DNA of 64,000 nt from the NCBI GenBank assembly GCA_902589115.1, contig CACIRS010000002.1:8186-72185 (forward strand), given 5' to 3'. The notes under the pieces were generated by a model. It was not told the origin of the DNA. It made no database searches and was given only the letters and a program-made list of their open reading frames with translations. Of the stretch, positions 37,770-49,147 are shown in pieces. Numbering within the stretch: the stretch's first letter is position 1; the number at the start of each line of letters is the position of its first letter. The DNA is from an uncultured Prochlorococcus sp. Its GTDB lineage: Bacteria; Cyanobacteriota; Cyanobacteriia; PCC-6307; Cyanobiaceae. The translations under genes and the position numbers were made by a program.

Positions 37770-39104
37770 TTATTTGCTTTTTACTTTTATTCCTCCTTTA
37801 ATTGTACTTATAGCAAGCATTTTATTTACTTCCTTTTCATCTCTAACTTCGCTAGGTACTGGTTTGTAGCTTTTTGGAGCCAAAGCTCTACCTCTTAAGA
37901 CTGAGCCAAGAGTCATGAATGTTAATTTTAATTGTTGCCAAGGTTTCATAGTAACCACTGTTTTATATAAATAACTGTCAAAAGTTAAGCGTTGAACATC
38001 CATGTCATCGCACATCTCTACAAATGCTTCACGTGCACCATCATTTGAATAAAATATATTTTGTAGGATCTCCAGAACTTTGTAAGTTGTTCCATACTTC
38101 TTATCCCATTTGGATAAATATTTTTTCAAATCTTTTTCAGTTGGTACTACTTTGCCTCCTTGACTAGATTCAACAATTTGCTCCGCACACATCCGACCGC
38201 TTTTTGCAGCAAAATAAATACCTTCTCCTGAGCTTTTAGTTACATAACCTGCAGCATCTCCAACTAAAGCCATCCTGCCAACAACTCTTCTTGGACGAGG
38301 GTGCTCTGGTATTGGATGCGCTTCCACTTTAATTACTTCTCCATTTACAAGCCTTTTTTGGGCTCTATTTCTTACACCCTCTTGAAGACTCTTTATTAGA
38401 GATTGGTTCTCTTGCATTGTCCCTGTTCCTACTGCTACATGGTCATATTTAGGGAAAACCCATCCATAAAAGTCTGGTGAGACATCAGTACCGACGTACA
38501 TTTCTGCCAAGTCTTCATAATATTTCATTTCTTTTTCAGGTAGTTTTATCCTTTCTTGAAAGGCAATTGCAACGTTGTAATCTCCTGCATCCATTGCTTT
38601 GGCTACTCTGCTATTCGCTCCGTCTGCTCCAATAATTAGATCTACCTCTAGGCTTCTAGTTTCCCCTGTAGTCTCTCCATTGGAGAAGTCAGAATAAGTT
38701 AATTCGTATGGGCCTTGTCGATTAACGCCAGTATCGATTTTGGTAACAAGCCCGTTTATTAGTTTTGCACCTAACTCAGCTGCTCTATTTCGCATAAATG
38801 CATCCATTACTTCTCTTCTACACATGCCTATATATTCTTTATCGCTTTCCCCATAAACCCTATCCAGACTGATATCAACTTCTCGATTAGAGGGCGAGAT
38901 CATTCTCATATTTCTGACTTTTCGATCAATTATTGAGTCTGGTAGATCGAACTCTGAAACCATGCATAGTGGAATTGCTCCTCCACATGGTTTGGCATTA
39001 TCAAGCTTCCGCTCAAAGATCCAGGTTTGGATTCCTGCTTTGGCAAGTATTTCTGCCGCACATGAACCACTTGGTCCACCACCGATAACAGCTACACGCA
39101 ACAT
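37770..39104 (-). CDS. chlP: geranylgeranyl diphosphate/bacteriochlorophyllide reductase
   Basis: 444 aa. FAD fold VAVIGGGPSGSCAAE, CGGAIP, GDAAGYVTKSSGEGIYFA. Confidence 0.9.
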   Translation of the reverse strand: MLRVAVIGGGPSGSCAAEILAKAGIQTWIFERKLDNAKPCGGAIPLCMVSEFDLPDSIIDRKVRNMRMISPSNREVDISLDRVYGESDKEYIGMCRREVMDAFMRNRAAELGAKLINGLVTKIDTGVNRQGPYELTYSDFSNGETTGETRSLEVDLIIGADGANSRVAKAMDAGDYNVAIAFQERIKLPEKEMKYYEDLAEMYVGTDVSPDFYGWVFPKYDHVAVGTGTMQENQSLIKSLQEGVRNRAQKRLVNGEVIKVEAHPIPEHPRPRRVVGRMALVGDAAGYVTKSSGEGIYFAAKSGRMCAEQIVESSQGGKVVPTEKDLKKYLSKWDKKYGTTYKVLEILQNIFYSNDGAREAFVEMCDDMDVQRLTFDSYLYKTVVTMKPWQQLKLTFMTLGSVLRGRALAPKSYKPVPSEVRDEKEVNKMLAISTIKGGIKVKSK

Positions 39105-39158
39105 TTTTAGACTTAAGCTTTTGGTTCTGAATTAAAAGCTAACATTGTCAAGAATTCT

Positions 39159-39953
39159 GTGGAGCACATTTGCCTAGGCCGTTACGATCTATATAACAAT
39201 CCCAAAGTTTTTTTGATTCGATCTGGAGAGGTGCACGGAAATAAAACTGACGACATCCCTTTCGCTCAAAGGGCTGGGTCATATAGAAGACCAAGCAGAA
39301 AGCAAATTAAGCTTTTTGCCTTTCTTGCAATAATTTTTTCAAGTTGTTTTTCTGTCATATTTATTTCTAGTAATTATTTCTTTTCTTCAAATATTGTTCC
39401 CCCTTTAAAGGGTTATCAAGATCTTCCTTCTCCTGATGGTCGCTTATTGGGTCATTTCCCTTATCCAGAAGCTTCCTTTAGTGACTTGGTTGAAGCTTAT
39501 CCAGGCATGAAAGTTCACACTGACACATTTGAAGCCCTTCGTTTAATGAGAAATGCAGCCTCAGCTGAAGGGATTAACTTGGTCCTGTTAAGTGGCTATC
39601 GATCTCATGCTCTGCAGAAAGAAATCTTTTTTGAGATTAAATCTACTAGGAATCAAACAGCAGTAGAACGCTCTAAAGTATCTGCTCCACCTGGATATTC
39701 CGAGCACAGTACTGGATACGCAATTGATCTTGGAGATGGATCTCGAAGAGATACTGATTTCGAAGTTGATTTTGAAACAACTAGAGCTTTTCAGTGGCTA
39801 AAGAAAAATGCTGCTAAATATCATTTTATTCTTTCTTTCCCAAGGGGGAATTCCCAAGGTGTTTCTTATGAGCCATGGCATTGGAGGTTTGAAGGCACTG
39901 CAGAAGCGCTTAGAGAGTTTAAAGATGCTCAACAATTTTCTGTGGATAGATGA
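39159..39953 (+). CDS. membrane-anchored D-alanyl-D-alanine carboxypeptidase (VanY / peptidase M15B)
   Basis: TM anchor (LFAFLAIIFSSCFSVIFI). Zn motifs SGYRS, SEHSTGYAIDL and EPWHWRF. GTG start uncertain. Confidence 0.8.
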   Translation: MEHICLGRYDLYNNPKVFLIRSGEVHGNKTDDIPFAQRAGSYRRPSRKQIKLFAFLAIIFSSCFSVIFISSNYFFSSNIVPPLKGYQDLPSPDGRLLGHFPYPEASFSDLVEAYPGMKVHTDTFEALRLMRNAASAEGINLVLLSGYRSHALQKEIFFEIKSTRNQTAVERSKVSAPPGYSEHSTGYAIDLGDGSRRDTDFEVDFETTRAFQWLKKNAAKYHFILSFPRGNSQGVSYEPWHWRFEGTAEALREFKDAQQFSVDR

Positions 39954-40068
39954 ATCGTTTTTTGTTTGCCAAACTCGTTTATTAGTGGCCCATGACTATT
40001 CAAATTGATCATGTATTGAGATATTGTGCTTGATTGTCCAACTGGACTATTTAACTGATCTTTACCTA

Positions 40069-41871
40069 ATGAGTGAGCAGATACAAGCTATTCGCAATAT
40101 TGCAATTATTGCCCATGTAGATCATGGAAAAACAACTCTTGTTGATGCTCTCCTCTGTCAGTCAGGGATATTTCGTGATAACGAGGCAGTTCCTACCTGC
40201 GTAATGGACTCTAATGATTTAGAGAGAGAACGAGGCATTACTATTCTTTCTAAAAATACAGCTGTCACTTATAACGAAACCCGTATAAATATTGTGGATA
40301 CACCTGGCCACGCTGATTTCGGTGGCGAAGTAGAAAGAGTTTTAGGAATGGTTGATGGCTGCTTGTTAATTGTTGATGCTAATGAAGGGCCAATGCCTCA
40401 AACTCGCTTTGTATTAAAAAAGGCTTTAGAACAAGGATTAAGGCCTATTGTTTTTGTCAATAAAATTGATAGATCTAGAGTCGATCCTGAAACTGCAGTG
40501 GATAAGGTTCTTGATTTGTTTTTAGAACTAGGAGCTGATGATGATCAATGTGATTTTCCATATCTCTTTGGAAGTGGTTTAGGTGGATTTGCAAAACCCG
40601 ATATGGCTACTGAAAGTGATAATATGAAACCTCTATTTGATGCCATTATTCGGCATGTTCCACCACCTGTTGGAGATTCAGCTAAACCTCTCCAGTTACA
40701 AGTAACTACTCTCGATTATTCAGATTTCCTTGGAAGAATAATAATTGGAAGAGTGCATAATGGAAAAATAACAGCTGGTCAAAATGCATCTCTTATTAAA
40801 GAAGATGGAAGTTTAAAAAGAGGAAGAATTACTAAATTGCTTGGATTCCAGGGCTTACAACGTATAGAAATTGGAAGTGCATTTGCAGGCGATATAGTGG
40901 CATTGGCTGGATTTGATGAAGTTAATATTGGAGAGACTATTGGATGCCCTGATGAACCAAAAGCCCTCCCTTTGATTAAGGTTGATGAACCAACTTTGCA
41001 GATGACTTTTGTAGTTAATGATTCTCCATTTGCAGGTAAGGAAGGAAAGTTTGTTACTAGTAGACAACTTCGAGATCGATTAAATAAAGAACTTTTGACT
41101 AACGTTGCTCTTAGAGTTGAAGATACCGATTCACCAGATAGATTTGCAGTTAGTGGTAGAGGAGAGCTTCATTTAGGTATTCTAATTGAGACCATGAGAA
41201 GAGAAGGTTATGAATTTCAAGTCTCTCAGCCCCAAGTTATTTTTAGAACCATAGACGAAATAAATTGTGAACCGGTAGAAACTCTTGTTATGGATGTACC
41301 AGAAGAATCAGTTGGTAGCTGCATTGAAAAATTAGGTTCGCGAAAGGGAGAAATGCAAAATATGGAAACTGGAAGTGATGGAAGGACACAACTTGAATTT
41401 GTTGTGCCATCTAGAGGTTTAATAGGATTTAGAGGGGAATTTGTTAGAGCAACACGAGGAGAAGGAATAATGAGCCATTCTTTCTTTGAATATCGGCCAA
41501 TTATGGCGGATTTCGAATCAAGAAGAAATGGCGTATTAATATCATTTGAGCAGGGAGTTGCTACTTTCTATGCTCTTAAAAATGCAGAAGATAGAGGTCA
41601 ATATTTTATATCTCCAGGTACCAAAGTTTATAAAGGAATGATAATTGGAGAAAACAATCGTACTCAGGATTTGGAGATAAATATTTGTAAGACTAAACAT
41701 CTGACTAATATGAGATCAGCAGGGGCTGATGAATTAGATGCATTACAATCACCTCTTGAAATGACTTTGGAAAGAGCATTAGAATATATAGGCCCAGGTG
41801 AAATGCTTGAAGTAACACCAGAGTCAATAAGACTTAGAAAATTGCCAGCCAAAAGAACTACTAAACGATAA
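40069..41871 (+). CDS. typA: translational GTPase TypA/BipA
   Basis: ATG 40069 gives [32 protein letters not shown] and NKID also present. 600 aa. Confidence 0.9.
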   Translation: MSEQIQAIRNIAIIAHVDHGKTTLVDALLCQSGIFRDNEAVPTCVMDSNDLERERGITILSKNTAVTYNETRINIVDTPGHADFGGEVERVLGMVDGCLLIVDANEGPMPQTRFVLKKALEQGLRPIVFVNKIDRSRVDPETAVDKVLDLFLELGADDDQCDFPYLFGSGLGGFAKPDMATESDNMKPLFDAIIRHVPPPVGDSAKPLQLQVTTLDYSDFLGRIIIGRVHNGKITAGQNASLIKEDGSLKRGRITKLLGFQGLQRIEIGSAFAGDIVALAGFDEVNIGETIGCPDEPKALPLIKVDEPTLQMTFVVNDSPFAGKEGKFVTSRQLRDRLNKELLTNVALRVEDTDSPDRFAVSGRGELHLGILIETMRREGYEFQVSQPQVIFRTIDEINCEPVETLVMDVPEESVGSCIEKLGSRKGEMQNMETGSDGRTQLEFVVPSRGLIGFRGEFVRATRGEGIMSHSFFEYRPIMADFESRRNGVLISFEQGVATFYALKNAEDRGQYFISPGTKVYKGMIIGENNRTQDLEINICKTKHLTNMRSAGADELDALQSPLEMTLERALEYIGPGEMLEVTPESIRLRKLPAKRTTKR

Positions 41872-41882
41872 TTATTTAAGAA

Positions 41883-42254
41883 TTGGAAAATAAAACTGAT
41901 CTAATTAATGACCCTAGGTTTATTAAAGCCAGGGAATTATTTAACTCAGAAAATTGGTATCCTGCACATGATGCTTTTGAGGAATTATGGCACGAAATAG
42001 ATGGCCCTGAAAGACTAACCATTCAGGGGTTAATACAAGTCGCCGTAGCTCAAGTTCATTTAGCAAATGGCAATACCAAAGGAGCAACAATCCTTTATGG
42101 AGAAGGTCTTGGAAGACTAAAGAGCAAAGAGGCAGTGGACCTTGGTTTAGATATAAACCAACTGTGTGATTGTTTAGAAAAACGTTTGGCTCGTCTTCAA
42201 ACCAAAATGAATCCAGATGATTTTAGTGTCCCAATACTTTTGATGAAATCTTGA
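41883..42254 (+). CDS. DUF309-domain protein
   Basis: FNSENWYPAHDAFEELW...GLIQVAVAQVHLANGN matches the DUF309 helical-hairpin signature. TTG start. Confidence 0.65.
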   Translation: MENKTDLINDPRFIKARELFNSENWYPAHDAFEELWHEIDGPERLTIQGLIQVAVAQVHLANGNTKGATILYGEGLGRLKSKEAVDLGLDINQLCDCLEKRLARLQTKMNPDDFSVPILLMKS

Positions 42255-42754
42255 TTCTTTTGTTAAATTCGAGAGATAGTAATCATTGGTTTGTGCTTAA
42301 TTCTTTTTTAGGTCGAATTTCTTCTTTTGGAAAGATAAGTATTCTGTTGGGTGCTTTCTGCTACGGAATATCAGCAAATTTTGCTTTTGCTCAACAATCT
42401 TCAGCGACTTCAGTGATTTCAATACAGGAAAAAATATTCATAGAGTCAGATTTCCAAATTTCAGATAGTGTCAGCGATGTTTTAACTGCGACAGGAAACG
42501 TCATAGTTAGGTATCCAGCAAATGGCGTAATAGCTGCGTCAAGGCAAGCGCAATATTTTAAGGAAGAGCAACTCATAGTATTAACTGGAGATGTGAATAT
42601 AATTAGAGAAGAAGGTAACAGTCTTAAGGCAGATCGTGTTGTTTTTATGATTAACAATAATCAATTATTTGCTGACTCAACACCTTCATCACAGGTCTTT
42701 AGTAAATTTATCTTTAATCCAAAAGAATTAAACCAAGGTATTGGAGGGATATGA
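42251..42754 (+). CDS. LptA/OstA_N-like periplasmic LPS-transport protein
   Basis: Signal-like N-terminus, then repeated beta-jellyroll pattern (LTATGNVIVRYP...LTGDVNIIREEGNSLKADRVVF). 4-nt overlaps on both sides. Confidence 0.6.
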   Translation: MILLLNSRDSNHWFVLNSFLGRISSFGKISILLGAFCYGISANFAFAQQSSATSVISIQEKIFIESDFQISDSVSDVLTATGNVIVRYPANGVIAASRQAQYFKEEQLIVLTGDVNIIREEGNSLKADRVVFMINNNQLFADSTPSSQVFSKFIFNPKELNQGIGGI

Positions 42755-43479
42755 GTCTTCTGCTGGATAAAGTCGTTTTACGCATAGGGGGTAGACCTCT
42801 TGTAAACGATATTTCTTTAAGAATGGAACCAGGAGAAGTGGTAGGCCTTTTGGGTCCTAATGGAGCTGGTAAAACAACCACTTTTAATTTAATTATTGGC
42901 TTGTTAAAGCCTGATACAGGTCAAATTTTGTTAAATGGAGATTCTGTCTCGAATTTACCTATGCCTCTTCGAGCAAGAATGGGAATAGGCTATCTTCCTC
43001 AAGAACCAAGTGTTTTTAGAGGCTTAACAGTTCGCGAAAATTTGGAAATAGCTCTTAGTCAGAGTTCTTTAGAGACTTGTTTTCTTAGAGAACGTAGACA
43101 GCAATTGATTGATGATTTCAATCTTGGTCCTTTTATTGATCGACATGGATATCAACTTTCGGGGGGCGAACGTAGAAGATGTGAGGTTGCTAGGGCTTTA
43201 GCAGTTGGAGCAAAGGGTCCCAGTTACTTGCTTTTGGATGAACCCTTTGCTGGAGTAGATCCTATGGCAGTAGCTGATTTGCAAAATCTTATTCAAAAGC
43301 TTCGAAAAAGTGGAATGGGCATATTGATTACAGATCACAATGTTAGAGAAACACTGGCTATAACTGATCGTTCTTATATCCTTAATGATGGCAAGATCCT
43401 TTCTTCAGGACCTTCAGCGGAAGTCGCAAATGATCCTCTAGTAAGGAGACATTATTTAGGTAAGGATTTTCAGCTTTGA
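42751..43479 (+). CDS. lptB: LPS export ABC transporter ATP-binding protein
   Basis: Walker A GPNGAGKTT, signature LSGGERRR, Walker B LLLDEPFAGVDP, switch ITDHN. Confidence 0.85.
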   Translation: MSLLLDKVVLRIGGRPLVNDISLRMEPGEVVGLLGPNGAGKTTTFNLIIGLLKPDTGQILLNGDSVSNLPMPLRARMGIGYLPQEPSVFRGLTVRENLEIALSQSSLETCFLRERRQQLIDDFNLGPFIDRHGYQLSGGERRRCEVARALAVGAKGPSYLLLDEPFAGVDPMAVADLQNLIQKLRKSGMGILITDHNVRETLAITDRSYILNDGKILSSGPSAEVANDPLVRRHYLGKDFQL

Positions 43480-44687
43480 TTGAATCTATTTCTGATATCT
43501 CTATAGATACCAAATTTTGGTATAAAAAAATACGTGAAAAGATTTTGGTTAAATGGAAATCTATTTCTCTATTAGATAGATGGTTATTTGGTGAACTTCT
43601 TTCCCCTTTAATTTTTGCAATAGCAGCTTTTACTGTTGTTTCCTTGTCAGTAGGGGTGATGTTCGAGCTAGTAAGAAGAGTTGTTGAGTCAGGCCTTCCT
43701 CTGCAAACAGCTATTCATGTTTTGATATTGCGACTTCCAGGCTTTTTAGTTATTTCATTTCCTATGGCAATGCTTATGTCAACTTTGCTTGCATATAGCA
43801 GGCTATCGGCTAACAGTGAATTAAAAGCATTGCGAAGTTTAGGAGTAACTACCAATAGGATGATTGCACCAGGTTTGGTTTTAGCAGTTCTTATGACAGG
43901 ACTTACTTTTGTTTTTAACGATGTTGTTGTACCTCAATCAAATAGAAATGCTGAGATAACGCTAAAACGAGCTTTGGGCCGTGCAGTTTCTACAGAAAAA
44001 GGAGATGACATTATATATTCAAAATTTGGAAGAATAATAGGTTCCAATTCATCTGAGGATAAAGAGGGTTTGACTCAGTTGTTTTATGCAAAAGAATTTA
44101 GAAAAAGCGCGATGCAAGAAGTTACTTTATTGGACTTTTCTAGATTGGGTTATACACAAATGCTTAAAGCAAAGTCTGCTACTTGGAATGATAATGATTC
44201 TGAATGGGAGTTTTTAAACGGAAAAATTATTACTCTTGCGCCTAATGGAAGTACTACAACTGCAAAGTTTGATCGATACCTTTATCCATTAGGAACAGGT
44301 CCAACACGGATTGCTGAATTACCTGATGATGCTAATGATATGACAATATTAGAAGCTATTAAAGCTGAAAAACTTTATTCAGAATCTGGAAATATTAAAG
44401 AATCAAGACGCATGAAGGTACGCATCCAAGAAAAATTTACTTTACCAATTGCTTGCATAGTTTTTGCTTTAATTGGCTGTAGCTTGGGATCCAAACCTAA
44501 TGCAAGAACCAGTAGAAGCCAAGGATTTGGTATAAGCGTGATTTTAATATTGATATATTATGTGCTTAGTTTTAGCTTTAGTTCTCTTGGTGTGAAAGGG
44601 ACTTTAACTCCCTTCATAGCAGCATGGTCGCCAGTCGCAATTTCACTTTTTGGAGGATCTCTTTTGCTTAGAAGAGCTAGTAATTAA
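43476..44687 (+). CDS. LptF/LptG-family (YjgP/YjgQ) permease
   Basis: 403 aa. 3 TM, a periplasmic beta-domain, then 3 [12 protein letters not shown] start is typical of the family. Confidence 0.8.
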   Translation: MIESISDISIDTKFWYKKIREKILVKWKSISLLDRWLFGELLSPLIFAIAAFTVVSLSVGVMFELVRRVVESGLPLQTAIHVLILRLPGFLVISFPMAMLMSTLLAYSRLSANSELKALRSLGVTTNRMIAPGLVLAVLMTGLTFVFNDVVVPQSNRNAEITLKRALGRAVSTEKGDDIIYSKFGRIIGSNSSEDKEGLTQLFYAKEFRKSAMQEVTLLDFSRLGYTQMLKAKSATWNDNDSEWEFLNGKIITLAPNGSTTTAKFDRYLYPLGTGPTRIAELPDDANDMTILEAIKAEKLYSESGNIKESRRMKVRIQEKFTLPIACIVFALIGCSLGSKPNARTSRSQGFGISVILILIYYVLSFSFSSLGVKGTLTPFIAAWSPVAISLFGGSLLLRRASN

Positions 44688-44713
44688 CAATCAAGAGCTT
44701 CTATAATTACCTC

Positions 44714-45673
44714 ATGAACCTAGATTTTATAACAATTGCCTTCGTAAATATCTTGGAATTAGGAGATCCAGTCTTGTCTCTTGGCCTAGTTGCTTTCTTA
44801 TTGCTATTGGTTGCTCTTCCTGTTTCGTTTTGGTCACTAACCACAAATAAGAAATCTTCCAATGTAACTCTTTTAATCGCATTAGCGAATCTTTGTCTGG
44901 CGTCACAATTGCTTCTTAGATGGTGGCAATCTGGCCATTTCCCTGTGAGTAACTTATATGAATCATTGTGTTTCCTAGCTTGGTCTTGTTCCCTTACTCA
45001 GTTAATAGTTGAACAATCATGGCCATCACCACTTGTATCTGCATTTGCAACCCCTATGTCATTAATAGCAGTTGCGTTTGCTAGTTTTGTTCTTCCGGAA
45101 AATTTGCAAAAAGCATCACCATTAGTACCTGCACTCAGGTCAAGTTGGTTGATAATGCATGTCAGCGTCATTATGTTGAGTTATGCTGCACTACTCATAG
45201 GATCTATTCTATCAGCAGCAGTTTTAATTATAGATAGAGAAGATAATTTAGAAATTAGGGCTAGTTCGATAGGCTCAGGAGGGTATAGAGCAACTGGTAA
45301 ACAAAATATAGATTTGGATCCTATAAATCCAATTCAGTTAAGCTCTTTAAATTTTTCCAGATTAGAAAGATTAGACACAATGAGTTACAGAACAATTACT
45401 GTTGGGTTCTTATTATTAACAGTTGGCCTTATTAGTGGAGCAGTATGGGCAAATGAGGCTTGGGGAAGTTGGTGGAGTTGGGATCCTAAAGAAACTTGGG
45501 CACTTATATGTTGGCTTATTTATGCAGCTTATTTGCATACTAGATTGACCAAGGGCTGGCAAGGAAGAAGACCAGCTATCTTTGCAACCTCAGGAGTCTT
45601 AATTATTGGTATTTGTTATATTGGTGTTAACTTACTTGGAGTAGGATTACATAGTTACGGTTGGTTCTTTTAG
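44714..45673 (+). CDS. ccsA: cytochrome c biogenesis protein CcsA (system II)
   Basis: Trp-rich heme-handling motif [19 protein letters not shown]. 319 aa, polytopic. Confidence 0.9.
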   Translation: MNLDFITIAFVNILELGDPVLSLGLVAFLLLLVALPVSFWSLTTNKKSSNVTLLIALANLCLASQLLLRWWQSGHFPVSNLYESLCFLAWSCSLTQLIVEQSWPSPLVSAFATPMSLIAVAFASFVLPENLQKASPLVPALRSSWLIMHVSVIMLSYAALLIGSILSAAVLIIDREDNLEIRASSIGSGGYRATGKQNIDLDPINPIQLSSLNFSRLERLDTMSYRTITVGFLLLTVGLISGAVWANEAWGSWWSWDPKETWALICWLIYAAYLHTRLTKGWQGRRPAIFATSGVLIIGICYIGVNLLGVGLHSYGWFF

Positions 45674-45714
45674 TTTAAAAAATAATAATATTGAATTCAC
45701 AAGAAACTTATGAA

Positions 45715-46467
45715 TTATTTTCTTAGTATATTTCCTGCTTGAGCTTCTTTTGCAATTTCCCGAAGGGCATCGCAGCCTTCTTTAAGAGTAGGGTAAGCAA
45801 ACATTCCACTACCTGCAATAAAACAGTTTGCACCAGCTGCGCAACATTCAGAAAGGGTCCAGTCTGCTTTAATTCCTCCATCTACTTCTATATCAATTTC
45901 ATATCCTTTTGAAATTATATGTGATCGTAAAGTTGATATTTTATCAAGCATTGTTGGAATATATGCTTGACCCCCAAATCCAGGGTTGACTGTCATTACT
46001 AGTACATGATCAACCATATCTAATACATTTTTAACCATCTCCATTGGAGTATGAGGATTCATTGCTACAGAAGGAGATCCACCTAGCTGACGAATTTTTC
46101 CAAGAGTTCTATGCAAATTCACATTTGCTTCAACGTGCACAATTACAACTCCTGGCTCGCCATTTGGTCCTTTCGTTGCATTTACATACTGTTCAAGCAT
46201 CGTTTCACAGTTGTATTGACTAACCATTAGCTGGGTTTCAAAAGGCACACTGCAGTATTTCCTGCATGCAGCAATCATCTCGGGGCCAAAGGTGAGGTTG
46301 GGAACAAAATTCCCATCCATAACATCGAATTGAATTCGATCAACTCCAGCATCTTCTAGATCTTTTACGCATTGCCCCATATTTGCCCAGTCAGCAGGCA
46401 GAACAGAAGGAATGATCTGTACTGGACGTGCTTTGGCAGTGATTGGTGAAGGATTGAACTCGCTCAT
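45715..46467 (-). CDS. rpe: ribulose-phosphate 3-epimerase
   Basis: IIPSVLPADW, QFDVMDGNFVPN, VMTVNPGFGGQ and EVDGG are canonical Rpe motifs. Confidence 0.95.
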   Translation of the reverse strand: MSEFNPSPITAKARPVQIIPSVLPADWANMGQCVKDLEDAGVDRIQFDVMDGNFVPNLTFGPEMIAACRKYCSVPFETQLMVSQYNCETMLEQYVNATKGPNGEPGVVIVHVEANVNLHRTLGKIRQLGGSPSVAMNPHTPMEMVKNVLDMVDHVLVMTVNPGFGGQAYIPTMLDKISTLRSHIISKGYEIDIEVDGGIKADWTLSECCAAGANCFIAGSGMFAYPTLKEGCDALREIAKEAQAGNILRK

Positions 46468-46544
46468 CGAACTTGATTCTTGAGTTGTGATTCTATGAAT
46501 TCATGGCCTTAATCTCTTTAAGAGTTACTTGCACTGATACAGTT

Positions 46545-46627
46545 AGCCGCGCTCAAGCGCTGAGAACCATTGCGCCATCGGCTGCTTTTGTATGACCATT
46601 GAAATACCAATCTTGGTTACAAAAGCC
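46545..46627 (+). promoter_or_regulatory. GC-rich, structure-prone segment in the rpe/glpX divergent spacer
   Basis: Interrupted 16-bp hairpin 46585-46627 (gcttttgta/tacaaaagc plus accattg/caat..ggt). Upstream are GC-rich helices agccg/cggct (46545-49/46580-84) and gcgc-tcaa-gcgc (46549-60). Confidence 0.3.
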
Positions 46628-46675
46628 CAGTTCTAAAGGTTCTCTCGTAAAAACTAATCCCTCGTTGTTTAAAAA

Positions 46676-47680
46676 GTGGATCGCACTCTGATTCAGGAAA
46701 TTCTTGAAGTTGTCGAGCAGGCAGCCATTGCTTCAGCTCAGCTAACTGGCTTGGGTAAAAAAGATGAAGCTGATGCTGCAGCCGTTGAAGCCATGCGAAA
46801 ACGCATGGGACAAATTCAAATGCAAGGTCGAATAGTTATTGGAGAAGGTGAAAGGGATGAGGCTCCAATGCTTTACATCGGAGAAGAAGTAGGAAGCGGG
46901 AATGGACCCGGTGTGGATTTTGCTGTAGACCCCTGCGAAGGTACAAACCTTTGTGCAAACAATCAGCGAGGTTCAATGGCTGTTTTGGCAGCTTCTGATA
47001 GAGGAGGTTTATTCAATGCTCCTGATTTTTATATGAAAAAACTTGCAGCTCCCCCTTCTGCAAAAGGTAAGGTAGACATTAGAAAATCAGCTACTGAAAA
47101 CATAAAAATTCTTAGTGATTGTCTTGGCTTGGCAGCAAGTGAACTAACAATTGTTGTTATGGATAGAGCTAGACATAAGGATTTGATAGCTGAAATTCGT
47201 TCTACTGGAGCAAAAGTACAGCCAATTTCTGATGGGGATGTTCAGGCAGCAATAGCTTGTGGATTCGCAGGAACAGGTACTCATTGCTTAATGGGTATAG
47301 GAGCAGCTCCAGAAGGAGTTATATCTGCAGCTGCTATGAGAGCCCTAGGAGGCCATTTCCAAGGACAACTTGTTTATGACCCAGCCATTGCTCAAACAAG
47401 CGAGTGGGCCGATTACACCAAAGAAGGCAATGTCGCTCGTTTAAATGAAATGGGTATTACAGACATAGACAAGATTTATGAGGCTGAGGAGCTTGCGTCT
47501 GGTCAAAATGTTGTGTTTGCTGGCAGTGGAATTACTGATGGTCTTTTATTTCACGGAGTGAAATTTGAAAAAGATTGCACTAGAACAAGCAGTCTTGTAA
47601 TTAGCACTTTGGATAATTCTGCACGATTTACTAACACAGTTCATATCAAGGATGGTGCAAAAAGCATTGCCTTAACTTGA
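46676..47680 (+). CDS. glpX: class II fructose-1,6-/sedoheptulose-1,7-bisphosphatase
   Basis: GTG start. [39 protein letters not shown]. Confidence 0.9.
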   Translation: MDRTLIQEILEVVEQAAIASAQLTGLGKKDEADAAAVEAMRKRMGQIQMQGRIVIGEGERDEAPMLYIGEEVGSGNGPGVDFAVDPCEGTNLCANNQRGSMAVLAASDRGGLFNAPDFYMKKLAAPPSAKGKVDIRKSATENIKILSDCLGLAASELTIVVMDRARHKDLIAEIRSTGAKVQPISDGDVQAAIACGFAGTGTHCLMGIGAAPEGVISAAAMRALGGHFQGQLVYDPAIAQTSEWADYTKEGNVARLNEMGITDIDKIYEAEELASGQNVVFAGSGITDGLLFHGVKFEKDCTRTSSLVISTLDNSARFTNTVHIKDGAKSIALT

Positions 47681-47713
47681 TCATCTAACCATTAGAAAGA
47701 AAGGGACTTTTTT

Positions 47714-49024
47714 ATGCATATAGCCGTTGTCGGTCTTAGTCATCGCACGGCTCCTGTGGAAATCCGTGAAAAACTAAGCATTTCTGAAGAGAGTATGCAG
47801 GAATCCCTTAAAACTCTTAAGGGTAATGAGCAGGTTCATGAGGTCTCAATACTTAGCACTTGCAACAGGCTTGAAATCTATACCTTGGTTAAGGATCAAG
47901 ATTTAGGTCTATCTGCAGTAAGAGATTTTTTAGGCAAACATTCAGGAATAAGTACGGAAGTACTTTCTCCTCATCTTTTTTCTTTTCATCAAGAAGAAGC
48001 TGTATCTCATTTAATGAAGGTTGCTTCTGGCCTAGATAGTTTGGTCTTAGGGGAAGGTCAAATACTTTCTCAGGTTAAAAAGATGCTGCGCCTTGGACAG
48101 GATTATCAATCCATGGGGCCAATCTTAAATAGACTTTTATCTCAAGCGGTTAGTACTGGAAAGAGAGTACGAAGTGAAACGAACTTAGGAACTGGGGCGG
48201 TTTCAATTAGCTCAGCCGCCGTAGAATTAGCCCAACTCAAGCTTGGTCAGTCGAAAGGTGTCGATCAGTTAATGACCTTGGAGTCAGAAACTGTTGCAGT
48301 AGTGGGTGCAGGACGAATGAGCAGGCTTTTGCTTCAACATCTTCAAGCAAAAGGTTGTAATGAAGTGACCCTTTTGAATAGAACTATTGAAAGGGCAAAA
48401 ATACTTGGAGCGGATTTTCCAGAGCTTCAAGTTATATGTTTGCCAATAGAGCAATTAGACCACTCACTTTCTTCCTGTTCACTTATTTTTACTAGTACTG
48501 CCTCTGCTGATCCAATTATTGATGCTTCTAGGCTAAATAAAATAAATAGAAATAATTTCCTGAGATTAATAGATATAGGAGTTCCTAGAAATATTGCTGC
48601 TGATGTTGATGGTATTAATAATATCGAGGCTCATGATGTAGATGATCTTCAAGAAGTAGTTTCTAGGAATCAAGAGGCACGCCAAAAAATAGCCCTTGAG
48701 GCTGAGAATCTATTGAAGGAGGAGGGTCGATTATTTCTTGAATGGTGGGAAAGCCTTGAAGCAGTTCCTACAATTAATCGATTAAGAGCTTCTCTTGAAT
48801 CGATAAGAAGTGAAGAGCTTATGAAAGCATTAAGCAGAATGGGACCAGATTTTTCTGCCAGAGAAAGAAAAGTTGTAGAGGCTTTAAGTAAAGGCATTAT
48901 AAATAAAATTCTTCATACTCCAGTTACTCAGCTGAGAGCTCCCCAAGCTCGCGAAGACCGGCAAGATTCCTTGAGGATTGTGGAAGAACTTTTTGACCTC
49001 AACCCAACAGATTCAGATGAATAG
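47714..49024 (+). CDS. hemA: glutamyl-tRNA reductase
   Basis: MHIAVVGLSHRTAPVEIREKL, catalytic-Cys context STCNRLEIY, NADPH fold VVGAGRMS. Confidence 0.9.
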   Translation: MHIAVVGLSHRTAPVEIREKLSISEESMQESLKTLKGNEQVHEVSILSTCNRLEIYTLVKDQDLGLSAVRDFLGKHSGISTEVLSPHLFSFHQEEAVSHLMKVASGLDSLVLGEGQILSQVKKMLRLGQDYQSMGPILNRLLSQAVSTGKRVRSETNLGTGAVSISSAAVELAQLKLGQSKGVDQLMTLESETVAVVGAGRMSRLLLQHLQAKGCNEVTLLNRTIERAKILGADFPELQVICLPIEQLDHSLSSCSLIFTSTASADPIIDASRLNKINRNNFLRLIDIGVPRNIAADVDGINNIEAHDVDDLQEVVSRNQEARQKIALEAENLLKEEGRLFLEWWESLEAVPTINRLRASLESIRSEELMKALSRMGPDFSARERKVVEALSKGIINKILHTPVTQLRAPQAREDRQDSLRIVEELFDLNPTDSDE

Positions 49025-49147
49025 GGAATATTTGAATATTATTTCTATATCTTTCTCAAAAAATATTTTTAGAACTGTCCTATTTGATAGCTTTAGTTGT
49101 CTCCTTTCAGTTAGGTTTGCACAGCAACGCCGAACTCCGAGGACGGT

